The position numbers were made by a program, and so were the translations under genes. From Candidatus Saccharimonadota bacterium (GTDB lineage: Bacteria; Patescibacteriota; Saccharimonadia; Saccharimonadales; Saccharimonadaceae), in NCBI GenBank assembly GCA_017545525.1, contig JAFWMT010000003.1, forward strand, positions 60,694 through 124,693: 64,000 nt of DNA. The letters are read 5' to 3'. This document shows positions 27,977 to 36,789 of the stretch, in pieces (the first letter of the stretch is position 1; every line of letters begins with the position of its first letter). The notes beneath the pieces are model-generated. The model was not told the DNA's origin and made no database searches. It was given only the letters and a program-made list of their open reading frames with translations.

Positions 27977-28633
27977 ATGTCGAGGCTGAAGAGAAGAATG
28001 GACCGCGAGGCCTATATGAGAGAAGCTGAAGAAGCCAGAAGAAAGGCTGAAGCCGAAAAGATGGTTTCTTCTGTTGAGGATGAAGATAGCATCGATGCTA
28101 AGATCGATGCAAAACTTGAGGAGGCTATGGCAAAGGCCGTCAAAGAGGATACTTTACCTGGCATTCCCAAGGTGGAGGATGAATGGACTTCGGTGTTCCA
28201 GAACGAGTTCAACAAGAAATTGGCTGAACAAGTTTCTGGGAATACCGAACTGATTTCAGCCCTCTATAAGGAAACGGGTCATCTTTCCGAGAAAGTGCAA
28301 ACTCTTTCCGGCAGGATGGATAAGCTCACTAAGGAAGTAGGTGGGCTAAAGACTCGGGTAGAGAAACTTGAGAAGGGAGGTGTCGGGCTTGTTTTAACGA
28401 GGGGCGCCGACAGAACCCCTTCGAAGGTCAAGTTTATGAATGAGGAAAACTATACGGGTGAAGCCCTGATTCCTCAGGCTTATGATCCTACTCTTGGGAT
28501 TACTTGGCCAATCAAGGACCCGCGAGTTGCGGAGTTCTATGATAGTAACTACAAGGCGGCACCTTGCAAGCTGAAAAAAGGCGTAATCGAGAGAACGTTA
28601 ACCCTCGAAGAAGCCAGCAAAGCTGGGTGCTAA
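27977..28633 (+). CDS. hypothetical coiled-coil protein (218 aa)
   Basis: SD aaggaggg. Own promoter and strong terminator. Codon choice differs from neighbours. Confidence 0.6.
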   Translation: MSRLKRRMDREAYMREAEEARRKAEAEKMVSSVEDEDSIDAKIDAKLEEAMAKAVKEDTLPGIPKVEDEWTSVFQNEFNKKLAEQVSGNTELISALYKETGHLSEKVQTLSGRMDKLTKEVGGLKTRVEKLEKGGVGLVLTRGADRTPSKVKFMNEENYTGEALIPQAYDPTLGITWPIKDPRVAEFYDSNYKAAPCKLKKGVIERTLTLEEASKAGC

Positions 28634-28648
28634 TAAATTAACGTGCCA

Positions 28649-28675
28649 GGGGGGCCGAAAGGGCCCCCGTTTTTT
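28649..28675 (+). terminator. strong GC hairpin + T6 intrinsic terminator
   Basis: ggggggcc-gaaa-gggccccc then gtttttt. Confidence 0.8.
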
Positions 28676-28734
28676 ATGGCAATTATTTATGATAACCATA
28701 AACTTGATACCGGGGCAAAAAGCTGATTTTATTA

Positions 28735-28763
28735 TTGACAAAAAAGCTAAAGTGTGATACAAT
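28735..28763 (+). promoter_or_regulatory. near-consensus sigma70 promoter, paralogous to the one at 27886
   Basis: TTGACA-17 nt-TACAAT. Shares TTGACAAAA...GTGTGATAyAATG with the upstream promoter. Followed by a ~160-nt leader. Confidence 0.65.
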
Positions 28764-28810
28764 GTAAGTAGTCTGAGTTTTTAGTGTGTAAAAAACAATG
28801 AAGACCATTA

Positions 28811-28859
28811 ACAACCAAATCATCTCAGATTTCAAATGAGATCTGAAGCTATCTATTTT
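28811..28859. repeat. left arm of inverted repeat bracketing the 654-aa gene (lies in its 5' leader)
   Basis: The reverse complement of 28811-28859 matches 30887-30904 (17/18) and 31000-31025 (14-nt perfect core ctgagatgatttgg plus flanks). Confidence 0.85.
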
Positions 28860-28923
28860 TACTCGTCATCCCCAACAACTGGGGGCGACGGCCTCCAGGA
28901 AAATCTTTAAGGAGGTAAAAAAG

Positions 28924-30888
28924 ATGATATTCTCAATCATTTTAAGGTGGGTTTTACCTGCCTTTGCGATTTATTTTCTTTTCACTGTGATTTCGAGCTT
29001 TCAGCATGAAGTCGAAGTGTTAGAAGTCGCAAAAAAGGAGAAAACGCTGTTTGCGGTCATAGGAAGAAGAGCAAAGCGATTTTTCGCTTGCTCGACAACT
29101 GATGACCGGGGGAGAGGCTTATTGATTGGTATCGTCGTAGGAGCGATAAATTACTTCGCTTATTATACGGCTGTCATAAGATGGCCTTATTTTCGAGTCA
29201 TAGCAGTGGTTGGGACAGTTGTTTTAGTTGCTTTTCTTATCTCTTTGGTTAGAAGAGCGCTCGACAACGATCTCGGCCCAGCTGAGATTCGAGAATTAAT
29301 CCCGTTTTTGCTTTTAGCGTGCATTTATTGCGTTACGTTAAAAGTGACAATGCCGCTTATCCTTGCGGGGTTAAATATCAATGATTTCTGGAAGTACGCG
29401 ATGAGGGCGCTTCCTTGGATTTTATTGATTATAGCCATCGTTTGGATGGTGGTCAACTACTGCCTGTATCTTGTTGAGGACGTTTACGTCGAAAACGAGA
29501 AGAAGCGCGGAAGTGCTTCTAAGGCAGTAGCGACGCTTGCCGTTGTTCTTGGGGCGATTTTGATTGCAATGGCAATTATTAAGTTACCCTGGGGGACGGT
29601 AGTCGCCTCGGCAGCGTATTCTGATAGTGGCGTGAAAATCGCCGAATCAGAAGCCGCCGGGAAAACCTCACCTTCTTCGGGAGCCTCTTCGGAGGTTTCC
29701 GAGAAGGAAGCGGAGGCGGAGATGGTCAAGGTCTTGACCGTTCCGAAGCTCACTCCGGAAGAGCTCGAGAAACTGACCGTGAATAAATATGCGGCCATTT
29801 CCGAGACGCTTCTCGATTCTTCTTTGTCTCCTAAGGACAAGGCAAGAACTGAGGAAACCGGCTTCTTCGATGCTCTGACTTTTGGATTCGCGTCCAAAAG
29901 TGACGAGGAGAAATTCTCGGAGCTCGAGGAAGAAGTGCTTCGGAACCCCGTTTACGGGGTAACCTTGGCGAAGGCGCTGAAAGGCAAGTACATCGGCTCC
30001 AAAAAGCTTGGAGACTTGAACCCCTGGATGGGGGAGATGGTCGAAAAGAATAAGGCCGGAGTATTTATTTGGTGTGAATATAGGGACGATTCTGGGACGA
30101 TTTATGTCACTCCAGAATATCGCCTCTATGCGGCGACGTTATGTACGTTCTTGGAACGTTTAACGCCGCAGGGTATCAAAAAGCTTCAGACGGTCGAGAA
30201 CTGGTGTTTAAATAGTGCCATGAAAAATAACGACCGTCGGGGTATTGAAGCTGAGTACCAATATAAGAAAAAGGCTTTAATACTAGAGGCTGTTGGAAAG
30301 GACGGCTCAGTGATGTTTAGAATGGGCTTCAATGTCCATGATAAACGTCCGGAGTTCTTCGATGAAGAACCAGCGCCGGAACCGACTCCGGATGAACCAA
30401 TACCGACACCGGATGAGCCGACGCCGACACCTGGACCGGAACCGACTCCGGAACCGACTCCGGAACCGACTCCAGAACCGCCGACACCGACTCCAGAACC
30501 GCCGACACCGACACCGGAGCCGCCGACACCGACGCCTCAGTATGATAAAGACCCGGAGGATGCCCCGAAGGAAAATACTGAACCGAACGATGACCCGGGT
30601 CCGGGCCCGGAAACTAACAATCCGGATGATCCTCAGCATTCAACTGAGGACCAGCCGGAAAACTCCGACCATTACCCCTCTTACGAGGAGTATCGGGAGG
30701 ACATGGAGGAGATGGAGGAAACCAATCAGAACCAGAAAACTGGGGAAGATGATAATACCCCATCGACTCCGAAGCCATCGGAGGATACAGTTGTCGACAA
30801 TCCTGACGACAACATGTATACTCCGGTGACACCAGGAGAAACTGTCAACGATGAAACGTCTGACGGGCATATCACGTTGGACGACTAA
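28924..30888 (+). CDS. polytopic membrane protein with soluble domain, PEPT-repeat linker and acidic tail (654 aa)
   Basis: SD aaggagg. ~6 N-terminal TM helices. PEPTPEPTPEPTPEPPTPTPEPPTPTPEPPTPTP. No recognisable family. Confidence 0.65.
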   Translation: MIFSIILRWVLPAFAIYFLFTVISSFQHEVEVLEVAKKEKTLFAVIGRRAKRFFACSTTDDRGRGLLIGIVVGAINYFAYYTAVIRWPYFRVIAVVGTVVLVAFLISLVRRALDNDLGPAEIRELIPFLLLACIYCVTLKVTMPLILAGLNINDFWKYAMRALPWILLIIAIVWMVVNYCLYLVEDVYVENEKKRGSASKAVATLAVVLGAILIAMAIIKLPWGTVVASAAYSDSGVKIAESEAAGKTSPSSGASSEVSEKEAEAEMVKVLTVPKLTPEELEKLTVNKYAAISETLLDSSLSPKDKARTEETGFFDALTFGFASKSDEEKFSELEEEVLRNPVYGVTLAKALKGKYIGSKKLGDLNPWMGEMVEKNKAGVFIWCEYRDDSGTIYVTPEYRLYAATLCTFLERLTPQGIKKLQTVENWCLNSAMKNNDRRGIEAEYQYKKKALILEAVGKDGSVMFRMGFNVHDKRPEFFDEEPAPEPTPDEPIPTPDEPTPTPGPEPTPEPTPEPTPEPPTPTPEPPTPTPEPPTPTPQYDKDPEDAPKENTEPNDDPGPGPETNNPDDPQHSTEDQPENSDHYPSYEEYREDMEEMEETNQNQKTGEDDNTPSTPKPSEDTVVDNPDDNMYTPVTPGETVNDETSDGHITLDD

Positions 30889-31025
30889 ATAGATAGCTTG
30901 AGATGCCTATGGGGATAGGCGTCTCGCTTTAGGCTGGATTTAATCTAGCCTGCACATTCTTTGGCACCAGGTGGCTTTGCCACCTGGTCCTCTCTATGAA
31001 TTTGAGACTGAGATGATTTGGCTGT
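30887..31025. repeat. right arm of inverted repeat, split by a ~95-nt block of three stem-loops
   Basis: Arm parts at 30887-30904 and 31000-31025. Between them are the hairpins gagatgcctat-gggg-ataggcgtctc, aggctgga-tttaa-tctagcct and accaggtggc-ttt-gccacctggt. Confidence 0.8.
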
Positions 31026-31094
31026 TTAGACGAAGATTAACAATTCGACTAGCAAAAACAAATGATTATTAATATTAGAAAGGAAATATCTGCT

Positions 31095-32357
31095 ATGAAA
31101 AGTATTTATAAATCTATTTTAGGTGTTTCTGCTGCTGCGATTGTAATGGCAGGAACGCTTGCTCCTGTGATGGTGCAAGCTTGGGGCGATTCTGATAATG
31201 GTCGTCCAAGTTATACACTTGATCAGATCAATAATGGTGATTTAGGAGACACCATTACGTTTAACTCGATTTCAAACGGTAAAATCGGGGATGAAAAGAA
31301 CTTCGTAGGCGCGAAGGTTGCCGGTGCTACGGTTGAAACCTGGAACGCTAATACGATTAAGGTGAAAGATGGCGAAACTTACACGATTCGTTTATTCGTT
31401 CACAATAACAGCCCTAAGGGTATGGACGCAATCGCGAAAGGCGTGAAAGCGACTTTTTCGATTCCTACCACAGTAGCTAAATCTCAAACGATTATCGGTT
31501 ACATCGATTCTTCGAATGCAGCTCCTAGCCGTTACTGGGATGAAGTTACTTTAGAGGCTGACGAAGACGTCTATCTTGAATATGTAGACGGTTCGGCTAA
31601 GTATAACAACAATAAAGGTACTTTCAAACTTTCTAACGATGTAATTATCTCGGGTGCTACCCTTGGTTATACCTCGATGAATGGTGAAATTCCTGGTTGT
31701 TATGAATATTCTGGTGTAGTAACAATTGATGTGAAAGTTCACAGTTCGGTTGCTGCTAAGGTTGCAAAACAGGTTCGTATCAAAGGTACTAAAACTTGGG
31801 GCGAATCGATTGAAGCAAAAGTTGGTGACGAAGTTGAATATCAGATCGAATACGAAAACTTATTGGCTGAGCAAGTTAATGATGTAATGATTCGTGACGT
31901 TCTTCCAACCAACGTTGAATATGTGAAAGATTCTACCTATCTTTATAACGCAAACCATAAAGATGGTATAAAGATGAAAGAGAATATTCTTACAACTACC
32001 GGTATTAATATCGGTAATTATACTGCAAAAAGTAACGCTTACATTCGTTTCACGGGTAAAGTAGTTGACAATACTTTAGCTTGTGGTTCGAACCAATTAG
32101 TAAACTGGGCGAGCGCGACGGTTTCGAGCTCTTCGGTCAAAGATGCAGTTTATAAAGATGACGCTTCGGTAATGGTAACGAAGGATGGTGATGTCTGTAA
32201 AGATAAACCAACTCCTACTCCAACTCCAACTCCAGAAACTCCGAAGACGATTGTCAATACCGGTGCAGGTACGATTGTGACTGGTGCGATTGGCGCTGGT
32301 TCGGTTGTAACTACACTTGGTTACTACATTGCTAGTCGAAAAAAGTTAATGAAATAA
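31095..32357 (+). CDS. secreted surface protein with DUF11-like repeat domain and LPXTG-like (IVNTG) sorting signal
   Basis: Signal peptide MKSIYKSILGVSAAAIVMAG...A. VGDEVEYQIEYEN...IRDVLP..VEYV.S signature. PTPTPTPTPETP linker. IVNTG + hydrophobic stretch + SRKKLMK. Confidence 0.65.
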   Translation: MKSIYKSILGVSAAAIVMAGTLAPVMVQAWGDSDNGRPSYTLDQINNGDLGDTITFNSISNGKIGDEKNFVGAKVAGATVETWNANTIKVKDGETYTIRLFVHNNSPKGMDAIAKGVKATFSIPTTVAKSQTIIGYIDSSNAAPSRYWDEVTLEADEDVYLEYVDGSAKYNNNKGTFKLSNDVIISGATLGYTSMNGEIPGCYEYSGVVTIDVKVHSSVAAKVAKQVRIKGTKTWGESIEAKVGDEVEYQIEYENLLAEQVNDVMIRDVLPTNVEYVKDSTYLYNANHKDGIKMKENILTTTGINIGNYTAKSNAYIRFTGKVVDNTLACGSNQLVNWASATVSSSSVKDAVYKDDASVMVTKDGDVCKDKPTPTPTPTPETPKTIVNTGAGTIVTGAIGAGSVVTTLGYYIASRKKLMK

Positions 32358-32396
32358 GAGTTGACCGCTTGCGCTAGAGTGGGAACTTCAAGAAAA

Positions 32397-32419
32397 ACCT
32401 CCCCTTTTGGGGAGGTTTT
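32397..32419. terminator. bidirectional intrinsic terminator
   Basis: cctcccc-tttt-ggggagg flanked by A5 and T5, between convergent genes. Confidence 0.8.
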
Positions 32420-32423
32420 TCGT

Positions 32424-33218
32424 TTATTTAGATTGTGCTTTAAAGGCTTGGAGGAGATGATCAAATAAGCAGGTAACAGTAAGAGGGCCGACGCCACCGA
32501 GTTTGGGGGTAATAGCGAAGAGATCTTTGCGCTCGCGGATTTTTTCGTCTAGATCGCCTTTAATTACGCCTTTTTCAGAGGCGGTACCAGCATCGACAAG
32601 AACGGCACCCGGTTTGACGTAATCATCAGAAATCAGGCCGGGAACGCCGGTTGCGCTTATGATTATATCAAAATTCTTAAGTTTTGTCAAGTCTGAGCCG
32701 CGATGGAAGATTTCGACATCGTAATTTGAGGCCTTGAACATCTTAAAAAGAGGCATGCCGACGAGTTTACCGCGACCGACGAGGGCGATTTTTTGGTTTT
32801 CGAGTTTAATGTCGTAGCCGGTGAGTAGCCAAAGAATAGCGGTGGCGGTGGCAGAGTCGTAATGACTGTTTTCGCTTAGTCCATCGACGTCTTTTTCGGG
32901 ATTGATAAGATTAACTAACGAGTCGGTTTTTTCTTTATCAAGAAGGGGAAGTTGGATGATGATGCCGTGAGTGTTTTGGTCTTGGTTGGCTGACTTTATC
33001 TTTTCAGCAATTTCATCGGGATTTTTAGCATAAAAATCTTCAACAGTGACGCCAATATCGTCACCGTAGCGGATTTTAAGATCGACATATTTTTTAATCA
33101 CAGGGTTTTCGCTGTCGCGAATGATGAGTAACTTCGGTTTTTTAAAAAAACTACGAACTTCGGTCGCTTGACGTTCTTTAATGAAGCCAGCAAGTTCTTT
33201 ACCGTCGAGGATTTTCAT
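32424..33218 (-). CDS. folD: bifunctional methylene-THF dehydrogenase/cyclohydrolase
   Basis: MKILDGKELAG..., GRGKLVGMP and GGVGPLT motifs. Start set at MKILDGK. Confidence 0.88.
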   Translation of the reverse strand: MKILDGKELAGFIKERQATEVRSFFKKPKLLIIRDSENPVIKKYVDLKIRYGDDIGVTVEDFYAKNPDEIAEKIKSANQDQNTHGIIIQLPLLDKEKTDSLVNLINPEKDVDGLSENSHYDSATATAILWLLTGYDIKLENQKIALVGRGKLVGMPLFKMFKASNYDVEIFHRGSDLTKLKNFDIIISATGVPGLISDDYVKPGAVLVDAGTASEKGVIKGDLDEKIRERKDLFAITPKLGGVGPLTVTCLFDHLLQAFKAQSK

Positions 33219-34215
33219 TTTGGATTTCCTCAGGTTCTTGTTTGAGCCAGTAGCCAAATTTATCGTAAACTTTTGCGATAATCTCTTCGCGGGCTTTTCT
33301 TAGGTCGTCGTAGCTTTTGGCAGATTCATTGATGAGGACGAGGCAGGCTTTTTCGTTGACACGGAAACCGTGGAGGAGTTTACCTTTGAAGCCGGCTTGT
33401 TCGATTAGCCAGCCAGAATTGATTTTATTCCCATCTTTACCGCGATAAACAGGATAATTCTTGTTTTCGGCGGCTTCGGCTTCTTCATCGGATAAGTAAA
33501 TGTTTTTAAAGAATGAGCCGGCGCTAGGTTTTTCGAGCGGATCAGGTAATTTATCGGCGCGAATATTGCTAACGATTTCGCGGATACCTTTTGGACTAAA
33601 GTCGGTGGAGTGATGCTCAGAGATATATCTTTCAATAGAATTATAAAAAGGACGAGACATCTCACCTTCGGATAATTCAAGAGTGATGGAAATGACAAAA
33701 TAACGATTTTTTTCGGTAGTATTTAAAATACTTTTACGATAAGAGAAATTTAGCTCATCTTTTTTTAGGGTTTTAAAGGTTTTGGTAAAAGAATCGTAAA
33801 CTTCGATTTCGGTTAAGGTGTCGGCGATTTCTTGGCCGTAGGCACCGATGTTTTGGACCGGGGCGGCGCCAGCGAGACCGGGGATTTTCGAGAGAGCTTC
33901 AATGCCAGTGAGATTTTTTTCTACAGCATAAGCGACGACATTGTCCCAATATTCGCCACCCATGATTTTTAATTTACCGTTTTCTTCAGTGATGCCTTGC
34001 ATGCGGTTAATGATGATGACGCCTTTAAAACCTTCGTCGTGGCCGATGGTGTTAGCGCCGTAGCCAAGAACAAAAGTGGGGAGATTAAATTGTTCGGCGA
34101 AGCCGTAGGCATCGGCAACATCTTCAGGGGTTTCCGTTTCTAAAACATACCTGGCGGGACCGCCGAGACGCATGGTGGTTAAGCTAGAAATAAGAATGTT
34201 TTCATTTACTCGCAT
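33199..34215 (-). CDS. murB: UDP-N-acetylenolpyruvoylglucosamine reductase
   Basis: TTMRLGGPA, GYGANT and SAGSFFKN motifs. Confidence 0.85.
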   Translation of the reverse strand: MRVNENILISSLTTMRLGGPARYVLETETPEDVADAYGFAEQFNLPTFVLGYGANTIGHDEGFKGVIIINRMQGITEENGKLKIMGGEYWDNVVAYAVEKNLTGIEALSKIPGLAGAAPVQNIGAYGQEIADTLTEIEVYDSFTKTFKTLKKDELNFSYRKSILNTTEKNRYFVISITLELSEGEMSRPFYNSIERYISEHHSTDFSPKGIREIVSNIRADKLPDPLEKPSAGSFFKNIYLSDEEAEAAENKNYPVYRGKDGNKINSGWLIEQAGFKGKLLHGFRVNEKACLVLINESAKSYDDLRKAREEIIAKVYDKFGYWLKQEPEEIQNENPRR

Positions 34216-34503
34216 ACTAATGATTATAACATTTTAGGTGGGGGGTTGCAAAATGAATTTCTTTATGATACAAGAGGGCGCAGAAATAGGGTTGGTGAAG
34301 TTTAAATAAACATGGTCAGAAGAAAGGAGGGTTATGGAAGTTGAAGTAGAAAACATAAAAGTTACTATAAAACTGAAAATTACCCCTCGCAAGAAGGGTA
34401 ATTAACAAAACCTAAATTGATTCTACCATACACAAGTGTAAAAATCAACTCTATTTCTATTTTACTGTATAATATATAATAAGTAAAGAAAGGTAATACT
34501 ATT

Positions 34504-35535
34504 ATGGGAAAAAAGGAAGCGGTGGCAGAAAAGAAAAACGACAAGCAAGATGGAAAGAGCGAAGCGTTAAAGCTCGCGATGGCACAAATTACAAAACAAT
34601 TTGGCGATGGGGCGATTATGAAGTTAGGGGAAACGCCGAAAATGGATGTGGAACTTTTGCCGTCGGGATCGTTATCGCTTGATTTGGCGTTAGGTGGGGG
34701 CTGGCCGAAAGGGCGAATAATTGAGATTTATGGACCGGAGTCATCGGGTAAAACGACTTTAGCGTTGCATGCGATTGCAGAAATGCAGAAACAGGGTGGG
34801 CAGGCGGCGTTTATCGATGCGGAGCATGCTTTAGATCCAGCATACGCGAAGAAAATTGGTGTCGATACGGCGAATTTGTTAATTTCTCAGCCGGATAATG
34901 GGGAACAGGCATTAGAAATTTGTGAAACTTTAGTGCGCTCGAATGCAGTAGATTTGATTGTCGTAGATTCAGTAGCGGCATTAGTACCGCAAGCTGAAAT
35001 TGATGGTGATATGGGCGATGCGCAGATGGGGTTACAGGCGCGACTAATGTCGCAGGCGATGCGCAAATTGACTGGGATTATTTCGAAATCGCGAGCGACA
35101 GTGATATTTATCAACCAGATTCGAATGAAGATTGGTGTGATGTTTGGAAATCCGGAAACGACGACGGGCGGAAATGCATTAAAGTTTTATGCTTCGGTAC
35201 GGGTAGATATTCGAAGGATTGGACAGATTAAAGAAGGCGATAATATTTCGGGAAATCGTACGAAGATTAAAGTAGTAAAAAATAAGATTGCGGCGCCATT
35301 TAGAACGGCGGAATTTGATGTAATGTATAATGAGGGGATTTCAAAATCGGGTGACGTCTTAGATCTCGGGGTAGCTTACGGAATTTTGGAAAAAGCAGGT
35401 GCATTTATCAAATATAATGGTGAAACTTTAGGTCAGGGGCGTGAAGCGGTGAAAAAACTGTTCCGAGAAAAACCGGAACTAATGGCGGAAATTGAAGCTA
35501 AAGTAAGGGAAAAGGCAAAAACTGATGCATCATGA
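34504..35535 (+). CDS. recA: recombinase RecA
   Basis: GPESSGKTT Walker [31 protein letters not shown]. Confidence 0.95.
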   Translation: MGKKEAVAEKKNDKQDGKSEALKLAMAQITKQFGDGAIMKLGETPKMDVELLPSGSLSLDLALGGGWPKGRIIEIYGPESSGKTTLALHAIAEMQKQGGQAAFIDAEHALDPAYAKKIGVDTANLLISQPDNGEQALEICETLVRSNAVDLIVVDSVAALVPQAEIDGDMGDAQMGLQARLMSQAMRKLTGIISKSRATVIFINQIRMKIGVMFGNPETTTGGNALKFYASVRVDIRRIGQIKEGDNISGNRTKIKVVKNKIAAPFRTAEFDVMYNEGISKSGDVLDLGVAYGILEKAGAFIKYNGETLGQGREAVKKLFREKPELMAEIEAKVREKAKTDAS

Positions 35536-36082
35536 TGAAGCGTGGCAAGTGTTTTACCCGAATGGTGAACCTATTCGTGGTGAAGGTTGGAATTCGGCGT
35601 TAGATAATCCGGAAAAAACTGGCGTTGATAAAATAGTAGGAGTGGCGATTGTGTTTTTATATCGTTTGAATGAGCAGGGTAAATTAGAATTATTATGGCA
35701 AAAAAGATCGGATGCGGTGGATAGATATCCAGGTTATTACGATATTTCAGCGGGTGGGCATATTAATCTTGGCGAGACGGTGATAGAAGGGGCGATACGT
35801 GAAGCAAAAGAGGAGATTGGTGCTGAAATTTTGCCAGAAGATTTACAGTTTGCTTTTACGAAGCCATTTAATAAGAATCGGTTTGCTTGGATTTTTATGG
35901 TGGATTGGACGGGGAAACTGGAAAATTTTCAGTTTAATGATAAAGAGGTTTCTGAAGTGAAATGGGTATCTTATGATGAGAACGAGGCTTTTCGGAAGGA
36001 ATTTGCAAAACCGCCGTTAGCAAAAGATGATTTAACTTTTATGAATTTGAATGATTGGTTCAAAATGCGTGAGATAGTTTAA
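35525..36082 (+). CDS. NUDIX hydrolase
   Basis: Nudix box [23 protein letters not shown]. Confidence 0.8.
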   Translation: MHHDEAWQVFYPNGEPIRGEGWNSALDNPEKTGVDKIVGVAIVFLYRLNEQGKLELLWQKRSDAVDRYPGYYDISAGGHINLGETVIEGAIREAKEEIGAEILPEDLQFAFTKPFNKNRFAWIFMVDWTGKLENFQFNDKEVSEVKWVSYDENEAFRKEFAKPPLAKDDLTFMNLNDWFKMREIV

Positions 36083-36789
36083 TGGAAATTATAAAATTAA
36101 ATGAGCCTAATAACATATTTACGATTACGAATTTAAAGCAGGGTGTAAAAAATCCGAATCGAGTAAATGTTTATATAGACGAAACATTTGCTTTTTCACT
36201 TGATGTAGCTCAAGTGGTAGATTTTAAGTTAAAAGTTAGACAAAAAATCTCAGAAGAAGACTTAGAAAAATATAAAAAAGCTAGTGAATTTGGGAAATTA
36301 TATCAAAGAACTTTGGAATGGGTGTTAATAAGGCCGAGGTCGGAAAAGGAAACGAGAGAATACTTGCGTAGAAAATTCAGAATGTCTTCTTCGGGACGTT
36401 CGTCACTCCCGTCTTCACGGGGTTCCTCACTGCGTCCTCGTAGCAACTGCGGATGCCCCTCAGAAGACATTCTTGAATTTTCTCGGACAATTATTGAGCG
36501 TTTAGTCGAGAAAGGATATGTAGATGATCGAAAGTTTGCGGAGTATTATGTTGAGAATCGGTTTGTGAAAAAAGGGATTTCGCAGAAGAGGTTGAAGATG
36601 GAACTAATGAAAAAAGGAATTGCGGCGGAAATAATTGAGGAAGTTTTGGGCGGGAGAAATGATGAAGAAGAAATTCGGAAAATGGTGATGAAAAAGCGGG
36701 GAAAATATGATGAAGAAAAATTAATTGCATATCTTTGTCGTCAAGGATTTAGTTACGATTTAGTAAAAAAAGTAGTTGAAGAAGACTAA
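36082..36789 (+). CDS. recX: RecA regulator RecX carrying a ~30-aa S/R/P-rich insertion
   Basis: Position after recA. Repeated helical RecX motifs (...ERLVEKGYVDDRKFAEYYVENR...). Confidence 0.7.
   Translation: MEIIKLNEPNNIFTITNLKQGVKNPNRVNVYIDETFAFSLDVAQVVDFKLKVRQKISEEDLEKYKKASEFGKLYQRTLEWVLIRPRSEKETREYLRRKFRMSSSGRSSLPSSRGSSLRPRSNCGCPSEDILEFSRTIIERLVEKGYVDDRKFAEYYVENRFVKKGISQKRLKMELMKKGIAAEIIEEVLGGRNDEEEIRKMVMKKRGKYDEEKLIAYLCRQGFSYDLVKKVVEED
36372..36481 (+). repeat. GC-rich in-frame insertion bounded by inverted repeats (element A, in recX)
   Basis: Arms aaaattcagaatgtcttct / agaagacattcttgaatttt (11 bp perfect). The 71-nt core is ~63% GC by hand count and contains the hairpin cccgt-cttc-acggg. 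Confidence 0.8.

Noticed and set aside
30307-30870. Several overlapping ORFs (Arg-rich 165-aa + strand ORF, minus-strand ORFs) over the P/E/T repeat
   Set aside because: They are alternative-frame read-through of the repetitive ccg/gaa/acc tract of the 654-aa gene, with no independent start signals.
27836-32422. Prophage or integrative element call for the islet
   Set aside because: There is no integrase, excisionase, or phage structural or replication gene, and I could find no distal att repeat. Only composition and tRNA adjacency support foreign origin.
34334-34405. 23-aa mini-ORF (MEVEVENIKVTIKLKITPRKKGN) behind aaaggaggg in the murB-recA intergenic region, ending in an 8-bp hairpin
   Set aside because: The SD-to-ATG spacing is only ~2-3 nt. 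There is no promoter in the leaderless layout used elsewhere, and nothing supports conservation. It may be chance, so I list it only as a curiosity.
36391-36461. Idea that the GC-rich inserts are inteins, group I/II introns or programmed bypass elements
   Set aside because: At 71-85 nt they are far too small for inteins or self-splicing introns. They are in frame and stop-free, so no bypass is needed. A palindromic selfish element or structured insertion is more parsimonious.
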